Assembly: GCA_038056915.1 (NCBI GenBank)
Contig: JBBUEO010000023.1
Coordinates: 1 to 25,117, forward strand
DNA length: 25,117 nt
Direction: 5' to 3'
DNA from: Patescibacteria group bacterium
Lineage (GTDB): Bacteria > Patescibacteriota > UBA1384 > UBA12157 > JAENIV01
Below the pieces are notes generated by a model. It did not search any database and had not been told where the DNA came from. It saw only the letters and a list, made by a program, of their open reading frames with translations. A program made the position numbers and the translations under genes. Of the stretch, positions 23,908-25,117 are shown one piece after another. The first letter of the stretch is position 1. Each line of letters begins with the position of its first letter.

Positions 23908-25117
23908 AATTATTGGCAATTTTTTTCGATTTTTGTCAGTCGGCCTTTTTTTATTTTTTTGCCCTTGGCAGCCATATTTGGTTGGGTTAGATTTCTTATA
24001 AAAAGACTTTTTGGACTTAAGCCAACAATTTGTTTTTCATTTTTGGGGATTCCTATGAATTTTCTTTCCGCTAAAGCCGTCAGAACTCAAAACTACCTAG
24101 CTGATGTTTATTTTTTGGATTGCCCGGCAGTTTTTATCCCCATGAGCTGGGGCTATAACTTAAGTCAACATCGTTTTTTAAATTTCTTTTTGAAACTGAC
24201 TGATTATTTGCCTTTGTTCTGTTTTGCCCTTTTAAAATACGATATTTTTGAATTTTGTTTTCGGGGCGGATTTTTAATGAATTCGTATTTACAAAAAATT
24301 GAGCCTCAACTTCTAAAAATTTGCGCCAAAAAAGTCGTAATTTATGGTTATGGTTCAGACTGCAAAATTTTATCAGAAGTAAAAAAACAGGGACGATTTA
24401 ACAATGCCATGGATCGAAGCGGCAAAGATGAAAATATTGATGATGAAATCGTTTGTAGAAATCTTTTGCGAGCTAAAAAATACGCTGATGTTTTAATCGC
24501 CGGCGGTGATTTGATCCATTTTGGCCCCAAAGGAATTATGCTTCCCTTGGCCGCTGATTTAGCGCCTTGGAAAGTTTTGCCCACAAATCACAAAAAAGTC
24601 TTGACGATTGTTCATGCTACCAATCATCGAACCCATAAAGGTTCGCGATTTATTATCTCAGCGGTTGAAAAACTTATGACAAAGAAACTGCCGATTAAAT
24701 TTCTCTTAATCGAAGGCAAAAGTTTTAGAGAATGTCAAAGACTTTATCAGGAAGGCGATATTTTTATTACAGATGTTATTACCGGCTGGCATGGCTTGAC
24801 CGCCATCGAAGCCATGGCCTTAGGCCGGCCCGTGATTTCCTATATCAGAAAAGATATTTGGGATTTTCATAAATATTATGCTCGTGATATTCCTTTAATC
24901 AGCGCGAACCCGATTAATCTTAAACAACAAATCATCCGTTTGGTCAATGATTTTACGTTAAGAAGGCAATTGGGTCAAAAAGGAGCCGTTTATGCGAGAA
25001 AATACCATTCTTTAGAATTTGTCGGCAAACTTCGGGTTCTAATTTATGAACATCTCTGGCGGGGCAAAAAAATCAATCAAAGGATTTTTGAGAGAGAGGC
25101 GAAAAGACGGAAATTAA
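23891..25117 (+). CDS. GT-B (GT4-like) glycosyltransferase, apparently frameshifted near 23946-23960, 3' truncated by window
   Basis: Not in the ORF track. Frame 1 is open from 23908 to the window end and encodes KYDIFEF, KKVVIYGYGSDC, IVHATNHRTHKGS and GWHGLTAIEAMALGRPVISYI, paralogous to 8358-9407. ATG 23891 is in frame 2 and stops at 23999-24001. Confidence 0.8.

Noticed and set aside
301-24584. The many short (61-111 aa) antisense or alternate-frame ORFs in the track, e.g. 301-636, 3307-3498, 3723-3995, 7107-7355, 10182-10442, 12721-12975, 20237-20542, 22154-22441, 24348-24584
   Set aside because: All lie within longer ORFs that have clear family motifs, and none shows a recognisable motif of its own. 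They are shadow ORFs.
16898-25117. Impression of a GC or codon-usage shift in the right-hand block
   Set aside because: Spot checks by eye were inconsistent. A sliding-window GC/GC3 calculation is needed before claiming a separate origin.
1-25117. tRNA, rRNA, transposase, integrase or JUMPstart/ops elements
   Set aside because: No recognisable sequence or protein motif was found for any of these.

Overview
This AT-rich window is almost entirely one surface-glycan biosynthesis and export locus (O-antigen-, capsule- or cell-wall-polymer-like). Block 1 (+, 1-6237) holds the 3' end of a DegT-family aminotransferase, a SAM methyltransferase, a soluble PglF/CapD-type 4,6-dehydratase fused in frame to a DegT aminotransferase, a PIG-L deacetylase, a Zn-ribbon methyltransferase, a GNAT and a WbqC-family protein. 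An inverted wzm-wzt ABC exporter follows (-, 6179-8260). Block 2 (+, 8358-end) holds four GT-B glycosyltransferases, a heparinase II/III-like protein with an extra C-terminal domain, a radical SAM/SPASM-twitch enzyme, two AsnB-type amidotransferases, an SDR epimerase/dehydratase, a third DegT aminotransferase, a hexapeptide acyltransferase and a final frameshifted glycosyltransferase that runs off the window. The most unusual signals lie outside the gene annotation. Three copies of a 115-153 bp imperfect inverted repeat built from AAATCCT-type heptamers sit at three consecutive gene junctions, and two of them supply the upstream stop codon. Two CCTGC...GCAGG mini-hairpins appear to be inserted in frame in enzyme genes. 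A 147-nt GC-rich rod-shaped hairpin with a central bubble lies between asnB and the SDR gene. A -1 frameshift at a T7-A-T7 tract falls at an in-phase U-UUU-UUA motif. Low GC, tight gene packing and the repeat style suggest a Patescibacteria (CPR) origin, but that is inference only. No database searches or folding calculations were run, and all alignments were done by eye.
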